A DNA stretch of 62,934 nucleotides, counting the filler, from Stramenopiles sp. TOSAG23-3 (Eukaryota): NCBI GenBank assembly GCA_900128585.1. It is 6 parts of 6 records of this genome, joined end to end, with 100 filler letters (N's around TTAATTAATTAA, not from the genome) between each part and the next. Parts side by side here need not be neighbours in the genome. Positions count along the whole stretch, not along the records: positions 12,261 to 24,416 come from LT642706.1; positions 24,517 to 36,652 come from LT642707.1; 4 more parts are not named here. The stretch is one strand, 5' to 3'. The stretch's first letter is position 1; each line of letters opens with the position of its first letter. Both the position numbers and the translations under genes were made by a program. A model generated the notes under the pieces. It worked only from the letters and a program-made list of their open reading frames with translations. It was not told where the DNA came from and searched no databases. Shown piece by piece: positions 21,022 to 31,578 of this stretch.

Positions 21022-21301
21022 GTACTGTGTGAGTGAACCCGCGGAAGGAAACCATTATTTGTAGCGTTTAGTTTTAGGAGGAAGCGTCGTCGGCGTGTTG
21101 TTGTTTAAATCCTTTTGTTTTTATCAAAATCCACGCGCCGCACGCTCTTCACCTCGAGGAAAGAATAACATTACCTAAAACGTTTTTGCTCCGTTTAAAT
21201 TACTACAGTACTTCATATTATTTAAAAAAATTCATCTCTGTGTACGTTGTACGAGCGTTCACGGCGCGCGCTGCTGTCCTGTACGGCCCTGAATGAAGTC
21301 T

Positions 21302-24049
21302 CTAAAGGCACCCGAGGACCGTTTCCCGGATCGTTTCCAGCTCCAAATGTTCCGGGTTCAAGCATCGCTCGGATGCGCTGCCCATTACTTCTTTCGACAG
21401 CTGCGTCAAAATTTCCTGCTGCCCCACGCCAACAAACTGCGAGAGGACGTTTTGGACGTAGTTGGCGTCGACTTCAATCTGTTGGAAACCACGCTTGCTA
21501 AATGTTTGGGTTCGCACCGTTTCGGACATCGCCTTTAATATTATTTTCAGCACCCCTCCCAGCACCGACTCGGACGCAAATTCTATCTTCCCAAACACAG
21601 TAATCTTTTGTGAAAAAATACGATCGATGGCACCTTCCATCCCTTGCGTACCGCCTTCGTTTCCATACCGAACCGATACCTCGTGCTTGCTCCAATCGTC
21701 GCGAAAGGCGAACGTGGAGTGCTCCCCCAAAACCGTCGCCACCTCTTTCCCAACGTCGGCAGACGCTGCCGCCAGCTCGACCATGGCAGGGCTCACACGG
21801 CTGACCTCTTTCGAGGTCAGCCAGTTCTGGGCGAGGATGGAGCGGCGCACGTCCTTCGATATGTTTCGCGCCTGCAGGAGCGCAAAATGCTCCAGCAACT
21901 TGCTGGACGACCCGGTCAGCGTGTTCATTAGTCCACCAACGTCAAACATGGTGTTTCCACTAAAAGCACTTTCTTGGTCGGTTGCACTGTTCAAGGGCAA
22001 GCATTCCATCATCACGCTCGCCGAGCGTGTCACCCCGTTTTGCGCAAGGTCGTTAATAGCCACAGCCATGACCAACATGGCCGAGGGGGTCCTTGCCACG
22101 TTCTCCACCATCGCCCCGACGCCGTCGCAATAGTCCTCGATTGTACTGCACAGCCACGAAAACAGGTGGTGAAGCTGGCCCTGGACCAAGTTGGCAAAGA
22201 CTTCCTCCATGTCTGTCAGCAACCGCTCCTTGTTGGAGCAGCGCTCCAGCAGTATCTTGATGTTGCGAAGGGCATACTCTACGTCCGATAAAATCAACGA
22301 AGAGAGAGTGTTGGATAAAAATGACGGACTGGACCGCACGCGTGCTTTGGCACCGCTCCCAGAGGTTTCCCCGCCAGCGGACGTAAACGGGTTGCCGGTC
22401 GTGGTGCCCTGGGGTTCTTCCGAGTTGGAGAACGGGTTTCCGGTGTTACCTGTGCCCCCCTCTGGCTCCGCTTCGGCAGCAGCCTCTTCCCCCTCGCCGC
22501 CCGGGCTTGCGCCATCACCCAGCTCCGACTCCCTTAGTGCATCGTTCACGGCGCCAAAGCGGCACAAAATTGTAGTCTGAACGGACGTAAACAGTTTGGT
22601 GATTTGGGTCCGGACGGCCTCTTCGATGATCTCCGCGACTCTGTCATGGAGCCGCGCCGCTCGGACCGACGTGTTCGTGCCGGTGAGACATCCTCGAAAC
22701 CTCACAAGGTCATCAATAAAACCGTCAAACGAACACTCCTCGCCCCCCCTCTCTGCTGAGGTTCCTTGGGACCTCGTTTCCGCCTCTGCGTCGCTATTTA
22801 CACCATCACTAATACCGGACTCTTTCGCCCCGTCGAAACTTTCCATGCCGCTCGTGTTTGCCTCGTTCCCAAAGGCCCCTTCAATAAACTTGGGGGTCAA
22901 CCCCAGGCTTTCGTCCTCTTTCAAATTGTCCGGCAAGGGAAAGGACACAAAGTACGGGCGAAGGTTTGTAAAATACGACTGGAAGACTTCTTTCGTAAAA
23001 TTCATCAGCACACTGTCCGCATTCAACCCTTCTGCCACCTCGTCCGCTATGGACGGGTTGCTCGTAAACAGCACCCGAAAGTCGGCCACGAACTGGCTGA
23101 ACAAGTCTACGAACGCGTTCGTTTGGTCCCATATTTCTACGCCACCGGCCTTCGCGACCGCCCCAATCCGTTCGATGGAGTCGTTCAGTTTCCCCCTAGT
23201 CCATTCCACGAACGTGTTCATCATGTCCTTCGGGGGCTCTTCCATTTCTAACAACAAACGAGTAAGGTCGGCCATGCCCGAGGGCGTCTGCTGCCCCTCC
23301 TTTAGCTTGTTCTGCATCAAATCCTTCAAACCAGCCATGATGGCGATCGACTCTTTGTGGATGCTTCCGAACGACAGAACATGGGCGTACTTTTCTAAAA
23401 TAAGGTTCGCCGTGTTGTAATACTTCACCGCCTGCACATACGCCTCCAGCTCGATGGACCGCTTCAAACGCATCGGAAGCTCAAACAAAAACTCCAACTT
23501 CTTTATCAAGCCCTGAAGGCTCAGCATGTTCTCGATTTTGTCCCTGTTGGGCGCAAGGTTTGCATCGACCACTTCGCTCGTCGACTCCAACTGCTCCATT
23601 TCGTCCATGAGGTCGTCCAGCTCGCTTTCGATCACCGAAACGTTGTCTTTCATTTTCTTGATGGTCTCCGTCGCGCGGATGAACTTGTTGTAGTTTTCAT
23701 ACACCATGTTTTGCATGTCACTGTCCAGGGTCTGAGTTTCTTTCTTCAGCTTTGCGCTCTGTGTCAACAAAGAGTTCAGGGTTTCAGTGCGCAACATGCT
23801 CTGCAAGTACACGTTGACGTCAAACCCATCCCCGTCCAAATCGTTCTTCTTCGCCTCGTCGTCCTCCTCTTCATCCTCCGGGCCCTCGTTCCCGTAGTAG
23901 TTGAGCATCAACATGCGGATACGGTCCAAGCTCTGGTTGTCCTCCGTGTCCTCCGTGTCCGCTGTAGAGAGCCGAGACAAAGCCGACGTGTTGAACTCGT
24001 CCTCTTCCTCTTCCATATTAAAATCGTTGGATTCGCTGGCCGCGTCCAT
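21302..24049 (-). CDS. VPS51: GARP/EARP subunit VPS51
   Basis: LDSDMQNMVYENYNKFIRATETIKKM; KKLEFLFELP.RL; C-terminal E.VRTQTFSKRGFQQIEVD. Confidence 0.93.
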   Translation of the reverse strand: MDAASESNDFNMEEEEDEFNTSALSRLSTADTEDTEDNQSLDRIRMLMLNYYGNEGPEDEEEDDEAKKNDLDGDGFDVNVYLQSMLRTETLNSLLTQSAKLKKETQTLDSDMQNMVYENYNKFIRATETIKKMKDNVSVIESELDDLMDEMEQLESTSEVVDANLAPNRDKIENMLSLQGLIKKLEFLFELPMRLKRSIELEAYVQAVKYYNTANLILEKYAHVLSFGSIHKESIAIMAGLKDLMQNKLKEGQQTPSGMADLTRLLLEMEEPPKDMMNTFVEWTRGKLNDSIERIGAVAKAGGVEIWDQTNAFVDLFSQFVADFRVLFTSNPSIADEVAEGLNADSVLMNFTKEVFQSYFTNLRPYFVSFPLPDNLKEDESLGLTPKFIEGAFGNEANTSGMESFDGAKESGISDGVNSDAEAETRSQGTSAERGGEECSFDGFIDDLVRFRGCLTGTNTSVRAARLHDRVAEIIEEAVRTQITKLFTSVQTTILCRFGAVNDALRESELGDGASPGGEGEEAAAEAEPEGGTGNTGNPFSNSEEPQGTTTGNPFTSAGGETSGSGAKARVRSSPSFLSNTLSSLILSDVEYALRNIKILLERCSNKERLLTDMEEVFANLVQGQLHHLFSWLCSTIEDYCDGVGAMVENVARTPSAMLVMAVAINDLAQNGVTRSASVMMECLPLNSATDQESAFSGNTMFDVGGLMNTLTGSSSKLLEHFALLQARNISKDVRRSILAQNWLTSKEVSRVSPAMVELAAASADVGKEVATVLGEHSTFAFRDDWSKHEVSVRYGNEGGTQGMEGAIDRIFSQKITVFGKIEFASESVLGGVLKIILKAMSETVRTQTFSKRGFQQIEVDANYVQNVLSQFVGVGQQEILTQLSKEVMGSASERCLNPEHLELETIRETVLGCL

Positions 24050-24342
24050 TCTTTCCGCGACAAGCAGTCGTTAAAAGAGAGAGGGAGAGAGAAAGTGATC
24101 ACACACAAACGCGTGCACTTCAATCTTTTCCCTGAAAGATATTAACACGTTTTAAAAATAGATACACCATACAATCCTTCTTCTACTTTTAGAGTTCTTA
24201 AATTATCTTCATTAAAAATTAAGATGTTAAATTATTACCAACAAGGTGGTGTGATAACCTCGTAGTCCGTCTAGCTAATAAAATACCTTCAATCATCATC
24301 AAATAAATAAATAATAATCGATCTCTTCTCTCTTCTCTCTCT

Positions 24343-24416
24343 TCTTCTTTCTTCTTCTTCTTCTTCTTCTTCTTCTTCTTCTTCTTCTTCTTCTTCTTCT
24401 TCTTCTTCTTCTTCTT
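24343..24416. repeat. (TTC)n microsatellite at contig end
   Basis: Long TTC array running into the linker. Confidence 0.95.
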
Positions 24417-24516
24417 NNNNNNNNNNNNNNNNNNNNNNNNNNNNNNNNNNNNNNNNNNNNTTAATTAATTAANNNNNNNNNNNNNNNNNNNNNNNNNNNN
24501 NNNNNNNNNNNNNNNN
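24417..24516. other. Artificial contig linker
   Basis: N44-TTAATTAATTAA-N44. Confidence 0.98.
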
Positions 24517-24517
24517 G

Positions 24518-26674
24518 GTGGGCATCGGTTTAGAGCGAGTTATTATTGTAGAAATAAAAAGGGGCTCAATTGTTGTAATTTTTACTGTCGAACCCGTCGC
24601 AATCGGAGAGAGCGGTATACTTGCCCAGCAAGCCGCCAGTTTGATCGATCAGCAGGTCAAGGATCCAAATAGCATATTGTTAAGCGGAAATGTCACTTCC
24701 GCTATTGACACTACAGTTGAAAATCCTATAATTGAGATAAAGCCGTTGACGGACGAGGAGGTTCAGAACCTTACCGTAGCGGCCGCAGCAACTACTTCGA
24801 GCGTGTTGCCTACGGCAACTTCTATTTCAGTGACTCCCTATCAAGTCGGAGGGCTTTTCTCCTTCTCACAAGCTGAATATATCGCGGCGGAGAACCAGCA
24901 GTATGTTGAGATAACCGTGGCGCGGGCCCATGGTGCCAAGGGGCGGGTTCCGGTTGACTACAAGACGCAAGACGGCACTGCATCTTCGCCAGCCGATTAT
25001 ACGCCTGCAGCTGGGGTGCTCGTGTTTAACGATGGGGAGACCGAAAAAAACTTCAAAGTGCAAATAAAGAACGACAATGTGCGAGAAAGTCATGTAGAAA
25101 CGGTAATCTTGAGTTTGAACGTGGTTGGTGGAAGTGTGGGTGTGAAGGCGGGACGCTTGAGCTCCGCAACGATGAAAATATATGATTTCATGGATGGTCG
25201 CTCGCTGATATCGGACAATTTTGGCCTTGAGAGTGGGAGTACGAACAACACTATGGGCTGGACTGTTGTTGGAAATGGGAAAAACCCGGCGTGGATCGAC
25301 ACAAATGGCTTGTACAGCGTCGACCAGTTGTTTGCCGACAAAGAGTATGACCCAGCGTGCGATTACGCCGCAACGTCCCCCTGTGGCCATTCATGCTCCT
25401 ACGGTGGTGGCTTTGCAACAAGCGGTGACGGAGAGGGTTATGGCAGTGGCGTCTTGCATTTGGAGGGGAACGGTTGGGTGGCCTCCACCGGACCTGTGGA
25501 AGACTTTCCCGACAGAGAAATTACAGTATCTATGTGGGTCAGATCGAGGGGTGCACCTTTAGCCTATGTCAATGACGGTATGCATGCGACAGTGCCGGAA
25601 GGAAACCAGGGGGTCGTCTTTTCGTATGAAATACCTGCTGCTCGAGGCAAGTCTGGCCATGGGGCGCACGAACTTTCAATTGCGCTTGGATCTTTACCTA
25701 CCTCTGGGGTAGAAGTTGTCATCCGAGGCAAGAACACCAAAAACCGCGAAATGGGCGAGCACACTGGCATCAAGGTGAACGACGGCGAATGGCACTTTCT
25801 TGCCGTCACGTGGCGATCTGCTGGAGGAGAAATTGTCGTGTTCAAGGATGGCGTCCGCGCGTATACGGGGGGTCCCTACCGAGCCGAAATATCGCTGGAG
25901 GCCAAAGGTTCTGTGGTGCTGGGCCAGCTGCAAAAACTGAATGTGCCGTGTTTTGACTCCCTGTCGTGCGACTTTGAACAGCACGGTAACTACTACGGCG
26001 ACATTCAAAATGTAAGAATATGGTCCACTGCTCGATCCCAGAGGCAAATACATTTGGGACAACAGTGGCCGTTCACGGCGCTGCGCCTGGGCCTGGTAAT
26101 GTACTGGCGATTTACTGACATCAGTAGTTCCAATGTCACAGACCTAGGCGGGGATGGCCATGATTTTTCTGGGAGGCGCTCGCAGCATCCGAGCTCATCG
26201 ATTGTCGACGGAAGCCCGTCGGCACACCCGAACTACCCGTGTGGCAATGTTCACCACAACATTTGGCATTTCAGCGCTCCCAAACGATTCTTAAACCAGT
26301 TGCCATATGCTTATGACGGCAGACTCCAGTTTTCCCTTTTCGCCGCGAGTTATACCGGGACAGCGCGGTCGACACGTGGGTCGATTGAACTGTCTGACGG
26401 GATAGGAAACAGGTTTTCGTATGACTTAAAAGGGTTTCAGCCACCGTCGTCAAAGCTTTGGACTGGTTACAGCGTAATTCTCCGCGAGGATTTCGGTTGG
26501 GTAAAAGAGCCGTTGGGTACCCCAGCGACCTTCTCCGAATTAAACAGCGCGCTAAATAACGCGTCAAAACTTCTGATTCGCGGTGACGCATGGCAATACT
26601 CGAGGATCGGGTATGGCCAAGAAGCGGTGTACCTCAATAACGTCACAGTTATTGAACGTGAAGCGGTAGTGTAA
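24518..26674 (+). CDS. 5'-truncated extracellular protein: SEA-like, Calx-beta, pentraxin/LamG and laminin IV domains
   Basis: RGSIVV; FSFSQAEY..E..T.DGTA...DY...G.L.F.DGETEK; DGEWHFLAVTW..GDIQNVRIW; SAPKRFL..AYDGRLQF..LNNASKLLIRG..LNNV. Confidence 0.8.
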   Translation: MGIGLERVIIVEIKRGSIVVIFTVEPVAIGESGILAQQAASLIDQQVKDPNSILLSGNVTSAIDTTVENPIIEIKPLTDEEVQNLTVAAAATTSSVLPTATSISVTPYQVGGLFSFSQAEYIAAENQQYVEITVARAHGAKGRVPVDYKTQDGTASSPADYTPAAGVLVFNDGETEKNFKVQIKNDNVRESHVETVILSLNVVGGSVGVKAGRLSSATMKIYDFMDGRSLISDNFGLESGSTNNTMGWTVVGNGKNPAWIDTNGLYSVDQLFADKEYDPACDYAATSPCGHSCSYGGGFATSGDGEGYGSGVLHLEGNGWVASTGPVEDFPDREITVSMWVRSRGAPLAYVNDGMHATVPEGNQGVVFSYEIPAARGKSGHGAHELSIALGSLPTSGVEVVIRGKNTKNREMGEHTGIKVNDGEWHFLAVTWRSAGGEIVVFKDGVRAYTGGPYRAEISLEAKGSVVLGQLQKLNVPCFDSLSCDFEQHGNYYGDIQNVRIWSTARSQRQIHLGQQWPFTALRLGLVMYWRFTDISSSNVTDLGGDGHDFSGRRSQHPSSSIVDGSPSAHPNYPCGNVHHNIWHFSAPKRFLNQLPYAYDGRLQFSLFAASYTGTARSTRGSIELSDGIGNRFSYDLKGFQPPSSKLWTGYSVILREDFGWVKEPLGTPATFSELNSALNNASKLLIRGDAWQYSRIGYGQEAVYLNNVTVIEREAVV

Positions 26675-26885
26675 ACCATTTTCTAAAAATAAGGAAATTT
26701 TCATCTGAGTTAATATCCCTTTTTACCAAGAGGGAGAAGAAAAATGTTAATTTACGTCGAGTTCTCTTCGTAAAATGACTATATATTACTGTTAATTAAA
26801 AAGTTTATAATATTACATTTTTTTAATTTTAATGTGGTATCATACTTTTAGTGTTATTTAAAAAAAAAAAATTGTATATGATAGT

Positions 26886-27266
26886 ATGTTTTAAGACTCT
26901 CATTTTAAATCAAGTGTTATTTAGTGTTATTTAATTCATGAATACTATATAATTTGTTTATTGAAAAGCTAAAATTCAGTTCGCAGTACAGTAACAGCCA
27001 TTTTAAAATTAATGTGTGCTGTTTTTAAATTAGTCCTAATAAAATCTAGATTTCAGCTCGCGGTACATTAATTTTAATTACTTTTAAATAACAGCCAATT
27101 TTCTCGTTTTTAAAGTATCATATAATTTGTTTTTCATACGATAAAATCGCATTTTATTTACTTCTTATGATACAAATGAAAACTCTTGACGCACAGCCGC
27201 CAATATTTTAAATTAAAACTCTTGGTGTCTCATTAATTAAAAACAAGAAAATTGGCTGTTATTTAA
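26886..27266. repeat. Cluster of 3'-flank element copies including a 30-bp inverted pair
   Basis: Copies at ~26966-27003 and 27048-27113 (+); reverse copy at 27237-27266; ATGTTTTAAGACTCTCATTTTA shared with ~32533. Confidence 0.8.
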
Positions 27267-27314
27267 TTTAACTGGGTTGTTTATTGTGCAGTAAAAAAAA
27301 CAATGTTTTTCTGT

Positions 27315-28828
27315 TCAAGCTGTCCTTGAAACTGTCATATAAGATCCCGGGTGCTCAGGATCAATCCATTTAACACCCCCTTTTCGAAAATGGTCGTTAA
27401 AATATGTTCCGCTGACGACGTCCCCGTCTGTGTAAAATGTTTTCCCGGTTCCATGCCGATGGTCGGCTTTGAACTGGCCTTCATACCTCCAGCCTTCGTG
27501 AGATGTATAAACACCTTTACCGTTCATTTTCCCATTTTTCCAACCACCATCGTAACGGTCGCCATTGCTGTATGTTTTAACGCCTTGGCCATGGAACTCG
27601 TCGTTGAGCCTGCTTTTAACGTTAGTCATGAGTGCTTTGCCTGATTGATATCGTCAAGATTTACTTACCATTCACCATCGTATACAAATGTCGCAAAATC
27701 ACAACGACCCTGGCCAGACCGTTTGTTGCTTTTCCTGCATGTGTGGTTAGTGTGTTAGTAAGAAACATTGTGCTCGGCTCGCATTGCCAAAAGGTTACTT
27801 ACCATGCTCCCGAGTACACCCGGTTATCATCCGCCCAAATGTAGGTCCCTTGACCGTCCATTTTACCATTGCACCAGCCACCGAAATATTCGTCCTTGTT
27901 TTTGTAGACAATTTTTCCTCTTCCATGCCTTTTACCCTTGGCAAAGTCGCCATGGTATATGTTGCCATTGACGTACTCCAAGGTGCCTCTGCCGTGCCAG
28001 CGTCCAAATTTCCATTGCCTGAGTGTTGTCAGTTAGTGATTTGTTTCATTTACTAAATTGTGGTGTACTTACCCATCGTATAGCGAACCATCTGCATACT
28101 TGTAAACGCCCCTCCCGTGCAGGGAATCTTCATGTAACGCCCCTTTGTACAAGTCGCCATTTCCCCACAATATGACGCCCTTCGAGCATTCCATCATATC
28201 ATCGACATACGATCCCTGTGTGAGAGTCTGTTAATTATTTTGTTTGTTTTTGTTGACTGTTTAGTACTATACTTACCTGGTAGGAGTATGCAGTGCTGTG
28301 GTAACATCCCAAACCCGATCTTTTGTTATTATAGAACTGCCCTTCGAACGTTTTCAGTTCAAATGCTACACCGCCATTTTCGTCTATATTCACTGCGGGA
28401 TATATTACTTTCCCCTGTCCCATCCAATTTCCTCTAGACCATGACCCATCATAGACTACGCCCGAGCTGTATGTATATTTACCGCGACCGTCGAATTCGT
28501 TATCTTTAAATTCTCCCACGTATCGGTTGCCCTCTGCATCTTGAAAAATTCCCTTGCCTTGGCGTTTTCCACTATTCCACTCTCCTTCGTAAAAAGCCCT
28601 GCTAGGGTACTGCGTAATTTTTCCCATGCCGTGACGCCTTCCATTGGCGTACGACCCTTCGTATACCTTGAAGGTGTCGTATTTGTAACATATAGTTTGA
28701 AAGCAAAGCACTTTCTGTTTCACTTTTTTCTGGTAGGTCGTTTTGCCGAAGCCATGCTTTCGCTTGAACACGCCAAACGATTGTTTTGTTTCGCCTTCGA
28801 ACGTCACTTTTACATTGTTGTTTCCCAT
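27315..28828 (-). CDS. MORN-repeat protein, 5 exons (28828-28277, 28215-28073, 28018-27803, 27734-27669, 27609-27315), 423 aa
   Basis: Removing four GTAAGT..CAG introns gives one continuous frame of YxGxW..G..HG.G repeats; the MGNNN start is inferred (upstream ATGs exist). Confidence 0.85.
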
Positions 28829-29629
28829 CGTCGAAGCACCTTCTTCTCCCGGCCTCAGTTTCACATGCAAAGCAACTGGTTGTTTCATCCTTATCAAAAA
28901 TGTAGGTAATATAATAATTGGGGCCTTTGCGAAGGACATGTCGCTCCAGTTCAATGATTTGTCTCACATAATATATTTAAAATTAACTTAAAAAATAAAT
29001 ATATATAACGGAACAAGGAACAACAGCAACAACAACAAAAAACGCAGCACCACAGAGGATCGAAGACCGTTAGGAAAAAAAAGTGTCATCGCTCTTCCCT
29101 CTTCTCCTGTGGTTATAGTAAGTATTAAAATATTATAAATAGAACTTTCAATTTTCAATAAATAAAAAAATTTAATATTATTACTCATTGTGATGTGAGC
29201 AATTATAATAAATAATAATTGCAAGTTTAATCTAAAATTATAGGAATAACTCTACTATTCTAAATAAATAACTAACTAAAACTATTCTATGTGTGATGTG
29301 GCTGGTGGATAAAAAGATATTAATTATTCTCAAATAATTATATAATTTATAATTAGTCTAATATAAAAAATAAAATAAAATAAAACTTTTTTTTATTAAA
29401 TAAAAGGATTTTTTAGTTGTTAGTTGTGTTGTTTGTTTTTTTATTAGACTAATAAATATATCATCTTCAAACTAATTATTATCCTTCTTTGCTTGCAGAG
29501 TTTTCTTCACCACAAGTTCAAAAAATAAAACCCCACAATGTTTATCTTTGATTTAAAGAAAGCGAAAGATAATGACATTAAGAATTTCTGGCGAATAAAG
29601 GTGTTTCTCAACACCAATACATATACGCG

Positions 29630-31237
29630 ATGTTTTCAAGGGTATTGGTGGGCCGCTCGGTGGCCGTTATTGGACCATTGTTGACGGCCGGTTCCTATGT
29701 TTTTGCGGCGCCGAACGGTGCGAACGAAAATAAAACTGCGCCCGCTGCGAGACTAATTCGTCGCCCAGGTGCTCAAAAAAAAGTGGGGGAAAGAATTTAC
29801 AGCAGAGCAGAGGTCAACCAAAGGGATGGCTCGGACGGCCGTCCAATGTGGGTCACTTACCGAGACGGAGTCTACGATGTAACCGAGTTTCAAAGGGTAC
29901 ACCCGGGTGGTCACCTGATCAAGCAGGCTGCGGGATCCGATGTAAGCCCGTTCTGGGATATTTGGGCGTACCACCATTACGCACCCAAAGTTGGCTCCTT
30001 TCTAGACAAGCTACGAATCGGTGGTCTTCGGGACGTGGACCAAGTAAAACCAACTGAGAGCTCCTTCGACCCGTACGAAGCGGAGCCTGTGCGAGACAAG
30101 GCGCGCCAAACCATCTTTTCCGAGCGACCGTACTGCTCGGAGACCCCAAATGCAACGTTGGGGTCTTCGTACCTGACTCCCGCCCCGGCTCTCTATGTTC
30201 GCAACCACGCTCCTGTACCCGATATCGCCTGGCCAGCAGAGATTGACAGCGAGCTCTCGCATGTTCAGAAGCATGAAATTGCATTCGAGGGATCCAGCGA
30301 TGATGCGGCCTCGGACGAGAATGCCTCCACCATGACCATCTCGCAGCTTGAATCTCGTTTCGGAACCACTACTGTCACGTCGATTTTGCAGTGCGCAGGT
30401 AATCGAGCATCGGAGGACATCGCGGCCACGGGCGTGTCGGGGTTTACTGGAACACCATTCGAAGCGATCACACAAGGGATGGTGGGAAATGCGCAGTGGA
30501 CTGGGATCCCTCTTGCCGACGTACTCCCGGTTCTTTACCCAAAAGAATGCGCTGCGGCAAGGCGGCATGGTGGTGGAGAGTGGCACGTGGTCTTCGAGGG
30601 AGCCGATGGATACTCGGCATCATCCCCCCTTTCCCGTGTACTTGCTAAGGAGCAAGACTGTTTGCTCGCGACGAAGATGAATGGGAAGTTCCTGTCTCCG
30701 GACCATGGTTTCCCAGTCCGAGCCCTACTCCCTGGTGTTGCTGGAGCAAGGAACGTGAAATGGCTCCAGGCGATCTCGCTGCAACCTCAACCGGTCGATG
30801 CGCCATGGAACGAATACTACTACAAAAACGCCAAAGCCGAGCAAATTCAGGGCCTCACGTTGCAGTCGCTCATTCTGAGCCATCAAGGAAGTCGGAATGG
30901 CGGCGAGGATTCTAGCACGGCAGAGATAGAAGTGAGCGGGGTGGCGTACAGTGGTGGCACTGGCAACGCAATCGCCAGGGTAGAGGTGTCAACGGACCAA
31001 GGAGAAAACTGGGTTGGGGCAACCATCTTGGCCGACGAAGTTATCGCTGACGGATCGCATAAGCATTTTGGATGGGTTCGGTGGGTCGCCAAACTAAATG
31101 TTCCCCTCGGCAAACATGCGACCGTTTCCGTGTGCAGCCGGGCCACGGATACAGACGGGAAAACCCAAGCGAAGACCCCGCCGAAGGAAAGAGGGTACCT
31201 TTATAACGGCTGGTCGAAGGTAGAGGTAAAGGTTTGA
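29630..31237 (+). CDS. SUOX: Sulfite oxidase (cytochrome b5, Moco and dimerization domains), likely mitochondrial
   Basis: VYDVTEF..HPGG; YVRNH.PVP; LQCAGNR; DHGFPVR..PG..GARNVKWL; G.AYSGG...RVEVS; presequence-like N-terminus. Confidence 0.9.
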   Translation: MFSRVLVGRSVAVIGPLLTAGSYVFAAPNGANENKTAPAARLIRRPGAQKKVGERIYSRAEVNQRDGSDGRPMWVTYRDGVYDVTEFQRVHPGGHLIKQAAGSDVSPFWDIWAYHHYAPKVGSFLDKLRIGGLRDVDQVKPTESSFDPYEAEPVRDKARQTIFSERPYCSETPNATLGSSYLTPAPALYVRNHAPVPDIAWPAEIDSELSHVQKHEIAFEGSSDDAASDENASTMTISQLESRFGTTTVTSILQCAGNRASEDIAATGVSGFTGTPFEAITQGMVGNAQWTGIPLADVLPVLYPKECAAARRHGGGEWHVVFEGADGYSASSPLSRVLAKEQDCLLATKMNGKFLSPDHGFPVRALLPGVAGARNVKWLQAISLQPQPVDAPWNEYYYKNAKAEQIQGLTLQSLILSHQGSRNGGEDSSTAEIEVSGVAYSGGTGNAIARVEVSTDQGENWVGATILADEVIADGSHKHFGWVRWVAKLNVPLGKHATVSVCSRATDTDGKTQAKTPPKERGYLYNGWSKVEVKV

Positions 31238-31372
31238 TCAGAACAAGAATTATGATAATATCATACAGTAATATAGAAACCAAAAAGATATAGATGTTCA
31301 AACTATAAACAAAATCACAAGTATGATTATGACTTGGTACTAAAGTATTTTTATACACAGCAGTATGTAATG

Positions 31373-31407
31373 GACAAAAGGAGCAGATTCACTTTCGCGG
31401 TATATGA
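31373..31407 (+). repeat. Left module of the 3'-flank element
   Basis: 33/35 identical to 2418-2452, which lies on a different contig. Confidence 0.85.
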
Positions 31408-31578
31408 TTAGATTTCTTCGAAGAATCAATGACTGATATATAGTGAGAGTCTGCAAGCATACTACCACGGTACTTTTCGTATCTTATGTATGATATGATA
31501 TTTATGATATAATAATATTAATATCGCGCTCAACTAGTAGATATTTTATTAGCCGATTCTTTGGATGGGGATACTACA

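Noticed and set aside
28270-28281. ATACTTACCTGG, matching the 5' end of U1 snRNA
   Set aside because: It is the reverse complement of the MORN intron 1 donor (CCAG|GTAAGTAT); no U1 body follows
28668-28724. Possible in-frame intron in MORN exon 1 (GTGAAA..CAAG)
   Set aside because: No GTAAGT donor or clear branch site and the frame is open; cannot be supported
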